Source: Octopus sinensis
Taxonomy: Eukaryota
Direction of reading: 5' to 3'
Assembly (NCBI RefSeq): GCF_006345805.1
Contig: NC_042998.1
Coordinates: 202,182,001-202,246,000, forward strand
DNA: 64,000 nt
Under the pieces are notes generated by a model that saw only the letters and a list, made by a program, of their open reading frames with translations, made no database searches and had not been told where the DNA came from. The position numbers and the translations under genes are program-made. Positions within the stretch are counted from its first letter, which is position 1, and the number at the start of each line of letters is the position of its first letter. Of the stretch, positions 52,097 through 64,000 are shown one piece after another.

Positions 52097-52975
52097 TGAT
52101 AAATGCCCTCATGCAGAACCAGTCAGTGTCTCTCATGGCTTCTGATCGTAACTGATAGGCAGTGTTATCCTGTACCTTGTTTGTCTTGGTATAAAAAAAA
52201 TGCTACAGCAAATATTCTGCTCAATACCACAGATTTGCTTGTCAGTTAGTTAGTTAGTTAGTTAGTTAATTTGGCTCAATAGCAAATAGCAAGGCCATGT
52301 AGGGGGACATGGAGTTAAGTACAGGGTGGTGTTCATGTAAAGAGTTCAGGCCACTTGAGGTCAAAGGAGACTTTGAACAAAGCGGTCGTCGGCATCTTCA
52401 CCATCTCGTCTGGCAGCTTGTTCCACGGATCCGCAACCCGGAGGGAGAAAGCTCCTCTCATTCGATTGAGATGAAATCGTTGCAGGTAGAGCTTTTCGGA
52501 GTGACCCCGCAGCCGACGCTCTGGAGCAGGAGTGAAGAACAGCTCTTTCGAGAGGTTACCCTTTCCGCTTATGATGCTCTTTGACCTTAACCAGGTGAGC
52601 ATGTCCCTTAGTGCCTGACGATATGTGCATCGCTGAGCACGAGCGGAAGTAGTGGGGGAGCGTCATAGCCATGTGTTGAGAGGTATTCTTTAGGGTTTGA
52701 ATAATTCATCTCTGGAAACATGGGTGTTTTGTTCAACATCCTTAAACAACCCTTATTCAGGGACCGTTTGAGTGGATTGGGTTACTCGACCAGAAGAAAA
52801 TTCTAACTGGGCCCCAGCTGTTAATTTGATTTGAGATCAGCATGTCACGCACAAATGGTTGTGATGCATGTACCTAGTGTACCCTTATCAGACGGGTAGT
52901 CATGATGGGTATACTGGGCTTCGTATATTTTACCCCAGTGTCATTTTGATGGCAGGCACTGCTCTCTCACTCAAT
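52095..52975 (+). mobile_element. (AAT)n-flanked non-coding dispersed repeat interrupted by a LINE fragment
   Basis: 3' part homologous to 22620-22858; both ends abut AAT/AAC tracts. Confidence 0.7.
52248..52580 (-). mobile_element. 5'-truncated CR1-like LINE 3' end, nested insertion
   Basis: RRLRGHSEKL..RMRGAFSLRVADPWNKLPDEMV..FKVSFD follows the CR1 C-terminal RGH..KL, FS.RV...WN.LP pattern; tail (CTAA)n at about 52246-52268. Confidence 0.85.
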
Positions 52976-52990
52976 AACAACAACTACAAC

Positions 52991-53021
<31 letters not shown>

Positions 53022-53334
53022 CTAACATGGAATTTATAAACATTTCTTGCATCGTTACGATCGTTTCTACGAATCACATGACTCTTAAAATCAGGCGAGC
53101 CATGGAAACGCGCGTAGCGATGTATTAAATGTTTATAAATCCCATCCTAGGATTATCGTTGTTATTATTATATTTACCCTATATTATATCGGTATAACAT
53201 AATGCAACACCGTAAAACTGTTCCACTATTCAACATCATTAGACGGTGGCCGGTATAATGGAATAGTGGGTGTATTCAAATATTCAAAGTGTAACAGTAA
53301 ACAAATTTATGATATGTGTGCGTGTGTCTCTCGT

Positions 53335-53445
53335 GGCATTACGTCGGTTAGGACGACGAGGGTTCCAGTAGATCCGATCAACGGAACAGCCTGCTCGTGA
53401 AATTGGCGTGTGAGTTGTTGAGTACTCCACAGACAGATGTACTCA
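53335..53445 (-). mobile_element. SINE family C, 3' fragment
   Basis: Reverse complement contains TTTCACGAGCAGGCTGTTCCGTTGATCGGATC..GGAACCCTCGTCGTC. Confidence 0.8.
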
Positions 53446-53499
53446 TAACAGATAACCTTTAAAATGATTAGACAGGCCACATATTAAATAAAATCAATC

Positions 53500-53878
53500 T
53501 GTCACGTGATAACTTGCTGGGGTTACCTCCTGGACCCTAGGGGCAGGTATTTAAAGGGAAAAATTTGACAAGTCAGTCAGTCACCGGCTGACACTAGCTG
53601 ACGATACATCGAAGAGGCCAGGGAACAGAAGAAAGAAGAAGAAAGAAGACATGCACCCAACACCAGAGCTGAAGACACCTCCGAAAGGATGGGGGGGAGT
53701 GCCGCGTCAAAACGGTAGAAGAGTAGGGGCCGAAACAGGACGTGGTTCCTCCTGATGATATCTTAAGCTAACTGGATCCTATACAGGAGCTGTTGTAGTA
53801 GCAGACCACGAAACACAGTTGTAATTCCCCACTAAACATAAGTGTATCTTATCATCACCCCTTGAATTCAACTTCTCA
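53500..53878 (+). mobile_element. Putative solo LTR
   Basis: GC-richer island starting TGTCACG and ending CA, with TATTTAAA box and flanks AATC/AATG; no second copy in the window. Confidence 0.35.
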
Positions 53879-54584
53879 AATGATATTAATCGTAAAGAAT
53901 TTTTTTTAAAGTGGTGTATTTTATTCCCACAATATTTAGCGCAGGACAGAAAGTGCAGACATTTACACAGGTTAAAGGAGTAAACATGCAGATAAGTATT
54001 CTTCCTTTGTTAATTGTGGTAAATAGTTTCATTCATACATGGAGGTTTTTTTTTTACTTTTGAAATATTATTAATTTACGTTTGACATAATAATGGCAAT
54101 ATATACTAGTATGGATCGGGGTAAATTTCACAACAAATTATTAATCTCCGTAAAGTTTATATTGATAGGCGGTTTAATTTCACGTGTTTATAAAATATTT
54201 AATGAGGGTTTCTTTAGCACTTTCTGTATATATGAATAAACAAATAAATATATATATGTATATATATATATATATTTAGGTATTTAGTTTTATGAAACTT
54301 TCACATTTTTTTAAATTTCATAATTTAGTAATTTTTAAAATTATTTACATATCGCAAAAATATATCAGTAAGTTTTATATATATATATTTCGTTTATTCT
54401 TATTTTTAAAAGCAGATATCTTCGAATTTGTAGGATCAAGTTGGATCCGTTAATAATAATGATGAAAAGAAAAATAGTCTGAGGACACACTGGTGGATTT
54501 AGGTATTAGGTATAACCTGGTAAAATAAACAACCACGGCAAAAACGCGCGTTGCGTTGATTAATATCATCTTCTTTCCCCACAG

Positions 54585-54595
54585 AATAATAACAG
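54585..54595 (+). other. Candidate 11-nt microexon
   Basis: TTAAT branch-like motif, then TCATCTTCTTTCCCCACAG|AATAATAACAG|GTAAGG. Confidence 0.35.
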
Positions 54596-55111
54596 GTAAG
54601 GTATATATATATTTTTGAAAATATGTTTACGTAATTTTTAATTAATTCTGTTATACTTTATTTTATTGTACGTTATAGTAGGCAATAAAATACTTATGTT
54701 ATGAGATTAGTATGTTGGCTATAACTTTCTATATGTACTCCAGAAAATACGGTTGTCCTGAAATTGAAGTTGTGGTCCTATTGGTAAAACCCCAATTATT
54801 CTATGCAGTTACAAGTATCAGGGGAGCGTTACTAAACAAGTGTATTCACTGCAAACAGTAACTAGAAAATTATTATAAAATTTGCAAGACAAAGGAACAA
54901 ACCCAACGGGCGAACAAACAGCCACTCACATACCGAGTCTGTTTCATCACAAGATGTACTATGTCTTGCGCCGCTCTCTCTTCCGTCTTTTCAGTCTACA
55001 GGCGAATTCACAAAATAGGGTGGTTCATTCAGTGCTCGTTTTGTATATTTAAGCATCTTTCTTTTCATTAATTTACTGTGTGATGACAGTAACCCACTCC
55101 TTATCCTATCC

Positions 55112-55497
55112 GGAGGCGCAATGGCCCAGTGGTTAGGGCAGCGGACTCGCGGTCGTAGGATCGCGGTTTCGATTCCCAGACCGGGCGTTGTGAGTGTTTA
55201 TTGAGCGAAAACACCTAAAGCTCCACGAGGCTCCGGCAGGGGATGGTGGTGATCCCTGCTGTACTCTTTCACCACAACTTTCTCTCACTCTTACTTCCTG
55301 TTTCTGTTGTACCTGTATTTCAAGGGGCCGGCCTTGTTACTCTCTGTGTCACGCTGAATATTCCCGAGAAATACGTTAAGGGTACACGTGTCTGTGGATT
55401 GCTCAGCCACTTACACGTTAATTTCACGAGCAGGCTGTTCCGTTGATCGGATCAACCGGAACCCTCGTCGTCGTAACCGACGGATTGCTTCCATCTA
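55112..55497 (+). mobile_element. SINE family C, full length, exact 14-bp TSD
   Basis: TCCTTATCCTATCC at 55098-55111 and 55498-55511; tRNA-like head with TCG in the anticodon-loop position. Confidence 0.93.
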
Positions 55498-55689
55498 TCC
55501 TTATCCTATCCTTCATTAGCAAATGGAACTCAAAAATGCTGTTGAAGGAGAAAGTGTCTCTCTGCAGCCTTTTTGGTTTTGTTTGTCACTTAATCATTTT
55601 CGTCATAGACATTGCACAAAAGAAAACTACCTGGTCTTTGCAATCAAGTAGTTAGATTCATCCTACCCAAGAGTAGCTGTTCTGCATAA

Positions 55690-56150
55690 TACTGAAGCAC
55701 AGTACGTACCTTTACAAGCAGGCACAGGCACAAATGTACTCCGAAAAAAAGCACTTAGATGATTTTCGTCGCGATCATGAGTTTCTCGAGTACGTCGTCA
55801 CTCTTACCCACCACTATTCCTCTATAGAACAACATGGTGAACATCTGTTGATTCCATTGCCTGATGAGTAGAGATACGTGAGTGCCTGATGGTAATCTGT
55901 ACCACGCATCCACTCTCGGCCAATGATTGATCCAGAACAGCGACCAGAGAAAAAGCACATAAACCAAAGAGTGACTACACTTTCTCCTCGTCGAAAAGAC
56001 GTTCTAGATATCAGAAACTTGGCGCATGTCATGCCAACATCACCTAGGCCATGTTCAGTCCTCCTAGAATGGATGTTGAAAAGAATGGTCTGTCTTACCA
56101 GAGGAACACAACCCATCCACAGAAAGCTGAAGGGCAACAACTCCATTGTT
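55690..56150 (-). mobile_element. Decayed Tx1/L1-like ORF2 fragment
   Basis: LLPFSFLWMGCVPLVR..HGLG resembles the post-RT F.FLW.G...LV....GGLG segment of Tx1/L1 elements; disrupted. Confidence 0.5.
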
Positions 56151-56964
56151 TACAGCAAGTATTTTATAGATTAATTAAGAGAGAAAGGAATGAAGATAAT
56201 TCACCAAGTTTGATTTAAATAGATGTATATGGCCAGAAAATTCAGTCGGAGAGTCGTTTAAAATAACTTTCTGTTCGAGATTCTTCGTCCTTATAGAATA
56301 CGTTATTTGCAGAAATTATATGTGCGTTCCTATATTTTAATGTAAATTTAAGAATATCATTTAATATGCTGTTGCATATGTAGTAAAATTCCAAGGATGC
56401 TATGCCGACCGTTATGACGGCCATTACTAAAGCCATCGGTAGAGGCAAATTTAGACACATTTGAAAAGCTGCCCTATAATATAATGCTGCATTAGAGAGG
56501 TCCAACGTCAAGAATAGCATATCCTACATTGAACAAAATATAAACAGACTGTGTATTACTGAAAAATTAAACACTATGCAATGAATAGATAACATCCTAA
56601 ACATTTGGCATGAAATCTCTCTCCGCATGCACAAGCAATATCCTACACTCAAATATTGCAAAGAAGAGCTGCTATCTGCGACAGTAATCCCACCAGGAGA
56701 GCCCCTTTCCTAAATGTGAAATCTGAACACACATAGCACACAAACTACACACACACAATAAATGTGCCTCAACGATGAACTACCTAAGCACACAAGTATA
56801 AAAGTACCATGCCCAGAATGAAAACAAAATAATGCAAACAAATTGACCACACAACAATTTTCCCAAAAGATAAATCCAAGAGAGACAAACATCCAAAAGA
56901 TATCACCCAAGAGTGACGTCCCTTGATTCATTGATTCAATGTATTATTAACGTGAATTCATAAA

Positions 56965-57110
56965 AAAAAGCAAAAGCGGAAGACAAGTGAGAGAAAAAAC
57001 AAGCAGGTGTATTAGTTTAACTCTCGAGAAGAATGGAGAAGGTTTTGACGCTTCGATTCTACGTTCTTCGACAGAAAGGAGTGTGAGGAAGGACAAATGG
57101 AGAGAGAACG
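56965..57110 (-). mobile_element. Hammerhead-like dispersed repeat, old divergent copy
   Basis: Minus strand 57043-57078: CTTT-CTGTCGA-A-GAAC-gtag-AATC-GAAGC-GT-C-AAAA. Confidence 0.5.
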
Positions 57111-57479
57111 AGAGAAGCAATGTGTAGGAATTAACGGCTGAACAATATATAAAAATCTAAGTGTGAACACGCTAACACGAAAAAACCTGTCAGATAATGT
57201 TTTATACAGACACTATTTTGAAAAGGAGGTGTAATGAGAAAAAACGCAGTATTTAGAAAGATTTGAGGTGACGGTGTATGAAGAGATGCAAAGGGAAAAT
57301 GCCTAGAAATATTTGCATTCATGTAAAGTGGGCTATAAATATGATTCACAAAACTACATATACAATTAAGTGCACATGAAATACTGAAAATGAATTTTCG
57401 TGTAAAAGCTCTGTTTGGGTGTATGTTATTGTGTGTGTATGTGCGTGCGTGTTTGTGTGCATGTGTGTATGTCTGTGTA

Positions 57480-57689
57480 CTCTTTTTACTCTTTTACTTG
57501 TTTCAGTCACTTGACTGCGGCCATGCTGGAGCACCGCCTTTAGTCGAGCAAATCGACCCCGGGACTTATTCTTTGTAAGCCCAGTACTTATTCTATCGGT
57601 CTATTTTGCCGAACCGCTAGGTGACGGGGACGTAAACACACCAGCATCGGTTGTCTAGCAATGCTAGGGGGACAAAAACAGACACACAA

Positions 57690-57732
<43 letters not shown>

Positions 57733-57903
57733 CATATTTACGGCGGGCTTCTTTCAGTTTCCGTCTACCAAATCCACTCACAAGGCATAGGTCGGCCCGG
57801 GGCTATAGCAGAAGACACTTGCCCAAGATGCCACGCAGTGAGACTGAACCCGGAACCTTGTGGTTGGTTAGCAAGCTACTTACCACACAGCCACTCCTGC
57901 GCC
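57480..57903 (-). mobile_element. SINE family A, well preserved
   Basis: Reverse complement of the family consensus; tail (GTAAAAGA)n. Confidence 0.92.
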
Positions 57904-58629
57904 TGTGTTTGTGTGTGTGTGTGGATTATTTTTTTTTTATAATCTATCATATGAACAATGATAATCTTGTTAACTCTCGGTCGTATGACTCGATCGTGTA
58001 AACTTAGCTTAAAGATTGCTTTCCGCTGGGTAATTGGTGCTTCCAAAAAGTATAGTATTTTGTAATTTCGTAATTTTCAGTTGCCTCAAAGACTTTCATA
58101 ATGTTTTTCGTCAACGGCGCTAGAGCTTCAACAGTAATTAGCATTAATCTTTCATTCATATTCCCCATTATTTCGACAACTACTGAAAGTCTGCATATAT
58201 TGCGATTTTCTCGTTTTCTTAATCTTTGATGAAATGATCTCCTAGACGGGCTACATCAATCAACAGGCACCTTTTTACAGTAACGTCTTCTTCGAAGGTT
58301 AAGTCTGGCCCCTATTCGTCTGAATTGTAAATTCACCTTACGCTTTCACATACTATTTTTCTAGGACTGCCTCTATTTGTGCTATCATTTCTCAGTGGTT
58401 GAAAACCCATTTTTCTTGCATAGAGATCCGTTGAGATGTAAGCGCACATGATCGTGATGCCTTTTCTATGCGCATGCTTGACAGAGGTACTCACTATATG
58501 TATTTCACTTTAAACCTTCTTAACCTTAACACATTCCATCATAAACAACACGTGTTTCTCCTGCATTATATATATAAAATTTATTGGGTTTGTATTTAAT
58601 GCTTGATCATGAGCGGTTAACAATAAAAT

Positions 58630-58649
58630 TGTAGTAGTAGTAGTAGGAT

Positions 58650-58704
<55 letters not shown>

Positions 58705-59030
58705 TGTAGTAGTAGTAGTAGGGGTGGTGGTGGTAGTAGCAGTAGTAGTATTAGTATTAGTAGTAGTAGTAGTAGTAGTAGTAGTAGCAGTGGTGGTGGT
58801 GGTGGTGGTGGTGGTGGTAGTAGTAGTAGTAGTGGTGGTGGTGGTGGTTGTGGGGGTAGTAGTAGTAGGAGGAGGAGGAGGAGGAGGAGGAGGGAGAGAA
58901 GGAGGGGGAAAAAGAGGAGGAGGAAGACGGGGAGGAGGAGGAAGGGGAGGAGGAAGAAGAGGAGGGGGGAAGAAGAGGAGAGGGAGGAGGATCATCATCA
59001 TCATCATCAGCAGCAGCAGCAGCAGCAACG
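58630..59030. repeat. Compound triplet microsatellite (TAG)>(GTG)>(GGA)>(ATC)>(CAG)
   Basis: Read directly from sequence. Confidence 0.95.
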
Positions 59031-59567
59031 GCAGAATCGTTTTTGCGGATGGTGAAAATTTCATTTTCACAATTTTAATGTAAATGAAGATGTCGATTAT
59101 TTTTTCGATAACCGATTTTAGGTTTGCCGAAAGATTAATATTCGATAGTGCTTCGATATTTTAAAAAATATATGATTATGATTGTTTTTTGTTTGTTTTT
59201 TTTTGTTTTGCTTTTTTGTGTTCTTTTGCATTTTTCTCCTACTCTTAACATCGATACAAGCATAACACCAACACGCATGGTGTAGATTATTTGTATATAT
59301 ATTATTTGTATATATATTATTTGTATATAGATTATTTGTAGGGAAATATACTTTATGCATCAGTCTTCAGTCTAATCCTACCGAAGGTCATTGATCCTGG
59401 TCTAAACACATTATCAGTTATTTACTGGGATAAACTAAATTCATCTTAATTATACATGATATAAACTATTTTATATATTATAATAATATGTGAGTATTAT
59501 CATTGTGATTCTTGATGCGTTTGAATTTCAATAGCATATGTTAATATTCCCCAGGCTTACATTTACC

Positions 59568-59789
59568 TATTTCTTTACTACCCAGAAGGGGCTAAACACA
59601 GAGGGGGCAAACAAGGACAGACAAACGGATTAAGTCGATTACATCGACCCCAGTGTGTAACTGGTACTCATTTAATCGACCCCGAAAGGATGAAAGGCAA
59701 AGTCGACCTCGGCGGAATTTGAACTCAGAACGTAACGACAGACGAAATACGGCTACGCATTTTGCCCGGCGTGCTAACGTTTCTGCCAG
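59568..59789 (-). mobile_element. SINE family B, slightly 5'-truncated, exact 17-bp TSD
   Basis: CCAGGCTTACATTTACC at 59551-59567 and 59786-59802. Confidence 0.93.
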
Positions 59790-59989
59790 GCTTACATTTA
59801 CCACAGGCATGGATTATTTCAGAGAGCGATAGCTTTCTATGATCATACGAGTTCTTTTCAAGTCACACGGAAATATCTTAAGAGAAAATACATTGGATTA
59901 CTGAAACAAATAAGGCGAGGAAGCCATATCTGGAACGCCTTGAATGACACATGTTGTATCATAGTTGTCTCGGTCTAAGGAACATCCTT

Positions 59990-60190
59990 CATTATCAGCA
60001 TGATTATCATCATCATCGTCGTCGTCGTCATCATCATTATCCTCATTGTCATCACCGTTATCCTCCCCTTCATACTCATCCTCCATACTCTCATCACCAT
60101 CCTCCTCCTCATCATCATCATCGTCATCAGCAGCAGCAGCAGCAACAAAAATAACAACAACAACAACGGCAACAAGGACAACAACAATCT
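59990..60190. repeat. Compound triplet microsatellite (CAT/CGT/CCT/CAG/CAA)
   Basis: Read directly from sequence. Confidence 0.9.
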
Positions 60191-63121
60191 TTTCTTTTTA
60201 CCAGAATACGAAGAATTCACTTACAGATTATAATTGCTTCTACTAGATGTCTGGATGTCATTACTTGAAACTTCCATCTCTCCTATATAACTTGGGCGAA
60301 CAATGGTTATTACCAACGCCAGTTGTGTATGATTCAATGCTAGATCCATTGAAATAAGGTTCTGAACAGAATCATTTACTATAGATATCTCTTTAAATGA
60401 TTTGTGTTGAATACCTTCCTAATGGGAATATCTCAAGTACTAGTGTCATAAATCCTTAATTGATATTTTCATATGATGCGTTTATCACTAACGAAGTGAG
60501 TAAGCATTATCAGAAATTTACTACCGGTGATCTGATTGCTTGCCATGGAATTGAATTGTTAGTTTAGAGCTTTTAAGTCATATTACGATTACCACCAATT
60601 TCGTCTTCGTACTCACCGCCATATCAATGTAACTACCGGCGCTATTAAATCTGGAATATAATTTACACTTCGGTGTTAAAATATGGGGTAGGATTATTCA
60701 GATTTTCATAAGCTAGTCAGAAGTGCGTTTCCTTAACAATCATATAAATGCTAAGGTATCCTTTTTTCTTTTCTTTTTCTCTTTTCTATTATATTAACTA
60801 TGCTATGCAAACGTATTTCAGCCTCAGACGATCCTAGTTGAAAGCATAAGCTTTCGCTGAAATTTTACATTCCAGTACACAATTATGCATATTTACCAGA
60901 TACGCATCAAGTTACTATTCTAATACACCTCTTGTGCAAATAATAACTCACTATACATTCCATAGAGATATTTTAGATTCTCATTTGAAAGAACTTTGCT
61001 CCATTATAAGTGCATGACCATCATGCAATTCGCTTTTCTTTTAGCTGAAGTGAAATAAGTATTGGTATAAAAGTACATGCAATCGGATTATTCACAGCCA
61101 GCATTCATGCCTCGCCTAAGAACACATCTAACTATAATTTAAGGGTTAGAAGTTTTTCGTTAGATGTGGTATTTTTTGGGGGGTAACTGTGAAGTTTATA
61201 TATTATTTTGAAATTATGCAGTTGGCGTTGGACAAAACATCTCCAGGTACAGGTGATTTTTCAAGAATACCCTGGAAGAATTTGTTCCACTACCATTTCA
61301 AGGTTCCACTATCGTTTCATATATTTCAAGATAATGTCAAAATTGGCTGAATTGCTTGAAGCAAAATACTTGTGCAACCACACAATTTTGTTTTGTGTGT
61401 CTGATCTGTCGTGAGTCCGAAATAAGACAGAGTATCCTAAACTCAGTTCATCCTTAAATTCTTTTTAACTGTGATACATGCAGTACTTATAGATTTTACG
61501 ATCAATAATAGTTTTATTAATAGACTTTTTTATGTAAACAAATGTGTATTCAATGTTTTAGTCGTTTTACTGATTTAGTAATACTTAAGGCGAAATACTC
61601 GCGGTACTTTCTTACTACACTGTATAATGTAGGTTCAATCCTAGCCTTAACCACCTTTACTATTCACCTTTCATGGATCGATAAAATAAAGTGCGAGTCA
61701 AGTTTGCAGTCGATATCTTGATTGTTCTGTTCTTCCGTATTTGAAGGAGGAATGGAACAATTAATTCTATAATTAAATATTATTAAATATTCTCTCTAAT
61801 CATATGATATCTAAAATGTCGTGGATGGCAGAGAAAGAACATTGTCAGTTTTATAGCCTTTACGAATCTTCCAACACATTCCGAGATTAAACACGGTTTG
61901 CGGCAAATTATAATTTTATACTACAACATACTTCATATTATACATGAAATCTTCAGCTACCTCTACAACCTTCCCTTCACATTCAAGCCTGTGCCTTTGC
62001 ACCAAAGTTAAAAATCAATATCCAATATGTTATTCAAAAATATGTTGATATATAACCGGAAAAAATATATTTGGACATTGTTTCCCCGTAAGATAGAATG
62101 CTTATGTTTCAAAAATGTATGAACTAAACTCAAATGCATTAGCCGATGTTTCCCTTAAGGAAATGTTCCCTGTATTTACATTTATCCCGTAATTCATTTC
62201 TAAATAACAAAAAAAGTTGTTTTTATCAAACAAATTATTGACAATTCAATTTCCTATTTTTAAACGAATAAATATTTATTCATGAAATTAAGGTGGCTGA
62301 ATGGAACCATTTTAAGAATTCAACTAAATCTGCATATTGTAAAATATTAATTAAGAAAATTCTAGAAAAAAATAGCAACGATAACAACAATTATCAATAT
62401 TTGAGTTCATCTTAATTTTTTTTCTTTCTTCTACCACATGTATGGCGTTTAATGGATTTGCATTTTCGGATTGAAATAGAATGTTAAAGATTTATTAGTT
62501 TTCTTTAAATCGATTAAACTCTGATTTTATGCTGCAGACCACGTATCCAGTAACATACTTTCTGAAGGGAATATTACAGGGTCACTACAAAATCTAAGTA
62601 GTTTAGTGAATAGGTGTCGCTCATCATTTATCTAGAATTACTTAAAATATCTTATTCAAGAACAGAGAACAAAAGAACAAATAAACAGCCATTATATCTG
62701 CGAGAAATAGTAGCCACATACCTTTAGTATCATATCGCAGTAATGGCATGAAAATCTATGCTGGATAATATACCCCTACATATCTCAATTACGAACGTGC
62801 GCTTCTAAATTCTCTGCCTATTCGCTACCTAGAGTACTGCACAAGTACAGTAATATATCAACAGAAAATTATGTGACCATACACATATATAACCGCACTT
62901 GTATATATCCACATAGCTTGAGGATATATAATCAAGAACATAAGCACCGGCCCGACAAGGAAATGCACCGACACATTTACAAACGTCAGTCGAATATCTT
63001 AGACTGTTTTCATACCATATGATCAATTAACCTTTAAGTGCAGTAACACATATCATAGAAACTCAGTAATATATAACAATAATATATACACTCACACACA
63101 CATATGTATGTATATATACAT

Positions 63122-63175
<54 letters not shown>

Positions 63176-63177
<2 letters not shown>

Positions 63178-63369
63178 GGGAGAGTTTACGAAAAAAACAA
63201 AAGACGAAGACAGGTGGTGTACAAAACAAACAGATATATTAATATAACGCTCAGGAATAGGAAAAAACTTTGTACGTTTCGAGCCTACGTTCTTCCACAG
63301 AAAGGGACACAGAAAAAACAAGGAAGAAACAAGGAGAGAAAAAATGTGTGTAGTGGCTAACGATCTATC
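63176..63369 (-). mobile_element. Hammerhead-like dispersed repeat, copy 3
   Basis: Minus strand 63268-63304: CTTT-CTGTGGA-A-GAAC-gtag-GCTC-GAAAC-GT-A-CAAAG; abuts (TA)n. Confidence 0.75.
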
Positions 63370-63659
63370 ATATGTATGTATGCAGGTATGTAAAATCAGT
63401 AATGCAATGATATATAACTGGGATAGAAATGTTAAATGCGTAACATTATTTAATTCCCATAATATTTTACGATGTATATCCATAATACTCTACAACTAAA
63501 ATAATATATGGCTGTAAGAATGTCTAAGTATAGTAATATATAATTGTCTTTAAAAAGTATATTTGTTTATACATACATACAGTCATATATATTCATAATA
63601 ACGTATATGCAGGGTAATCAGATGCGACCGCAGTAATATGTAACCCAAATACAATACAA

Positions 63660-63817
63660 AGAAGAAGAAGAAGAAGAAGAAGAAGAAGAAGAAGAAGAAG
63701 AAGAAGAAAAGGAGAAGAAGAAGAAGAAGAAGAAGAAAGAAGAAGAAGAAGAAGAAGAAGAAGAAGAAGAAGAAGAAGAAGAAGAAGAAGAAGAAGAAGA
63801 AGAAGAAGAAGAAGAAC
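63660..63817. repeat. (GAA)n microsatellite
   Basis: Read directly from sequence. Confidence 0.98.
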
Positions 63818-64000
63818 TTGTGATTGTACAAATATTTAGGAGCAATAAATTGAGACTGAAGTAACTTATCATTCATTTCAATAGCTTTGAGTCTTTCTGG
63901 TCTTTAATTTTGGGACCTCTAGAGGTGTCCATATTGTTAACTGTTTAAATATACGCGTTAAATAATCTAATGAAATTTTTCTCCATTAAAGTCGACTTCC

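Noticed and set aside
53660-53820. Two CTGANGA and two GAAAC motifs in the putative solo LTR
   Set aside because: No stem II can be formed that joins a CTGANGA directly to a GAAA.
55112-55185. tRNA-Arg gene (also the heads of SINE-A and SINE-B)
   Set aside because: The A/B boxes continue into SINE bodies bounded by TSDs, and a complete cloverleaf acceptor stem is not evident.

Overview
AT-rich, repeat-dense animal genomic DNA with no prokaryotic features. The abundant (TA)n/(TG)n/(TACA)n/triplet microsatellites and the tRNA-derived SINE families fit a coleoid cephalopod (Octopus-like) genome; this is an inference and was not searched. The window is mostly layered mobile elements: three tRNA-derived SINE families (called A, B, C here), CR1/L2-group LINEs (one with an uninterrupted 543-codon RT frame), RTE, RLE-type (R4/HERO-like) and L1/Tx1-like remnants, Penelope-like pieces with minimal hammerhead-ribozyme scaffolds, Tc1/mariner/maT remnants, two non-autonomous Helitrons, MITE-like foldbacks, and a decayed Gypsy-like LTR element whose gag contains about 35 copies of a 51-bp repeat. 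Most ORFs in the supplied track are microsatellite or SINE artefacts. No host gene is identified with confidence. Three short + strand exon candidates (15248-15295, 36249-36261, 54585-54595) splice into an N-terminus resembling the Src SH4 motif. Best leads: a repeat family carrying a hammerhead variant with a CUGUNGA core, a covarying 3' stem-loop shared by LINEs and SINE-A, the minisatellite-expanded gag, and the microexon candidates. All alignments were done by eye and element boundaries are approximate unless a TSD or terminus is quoted.
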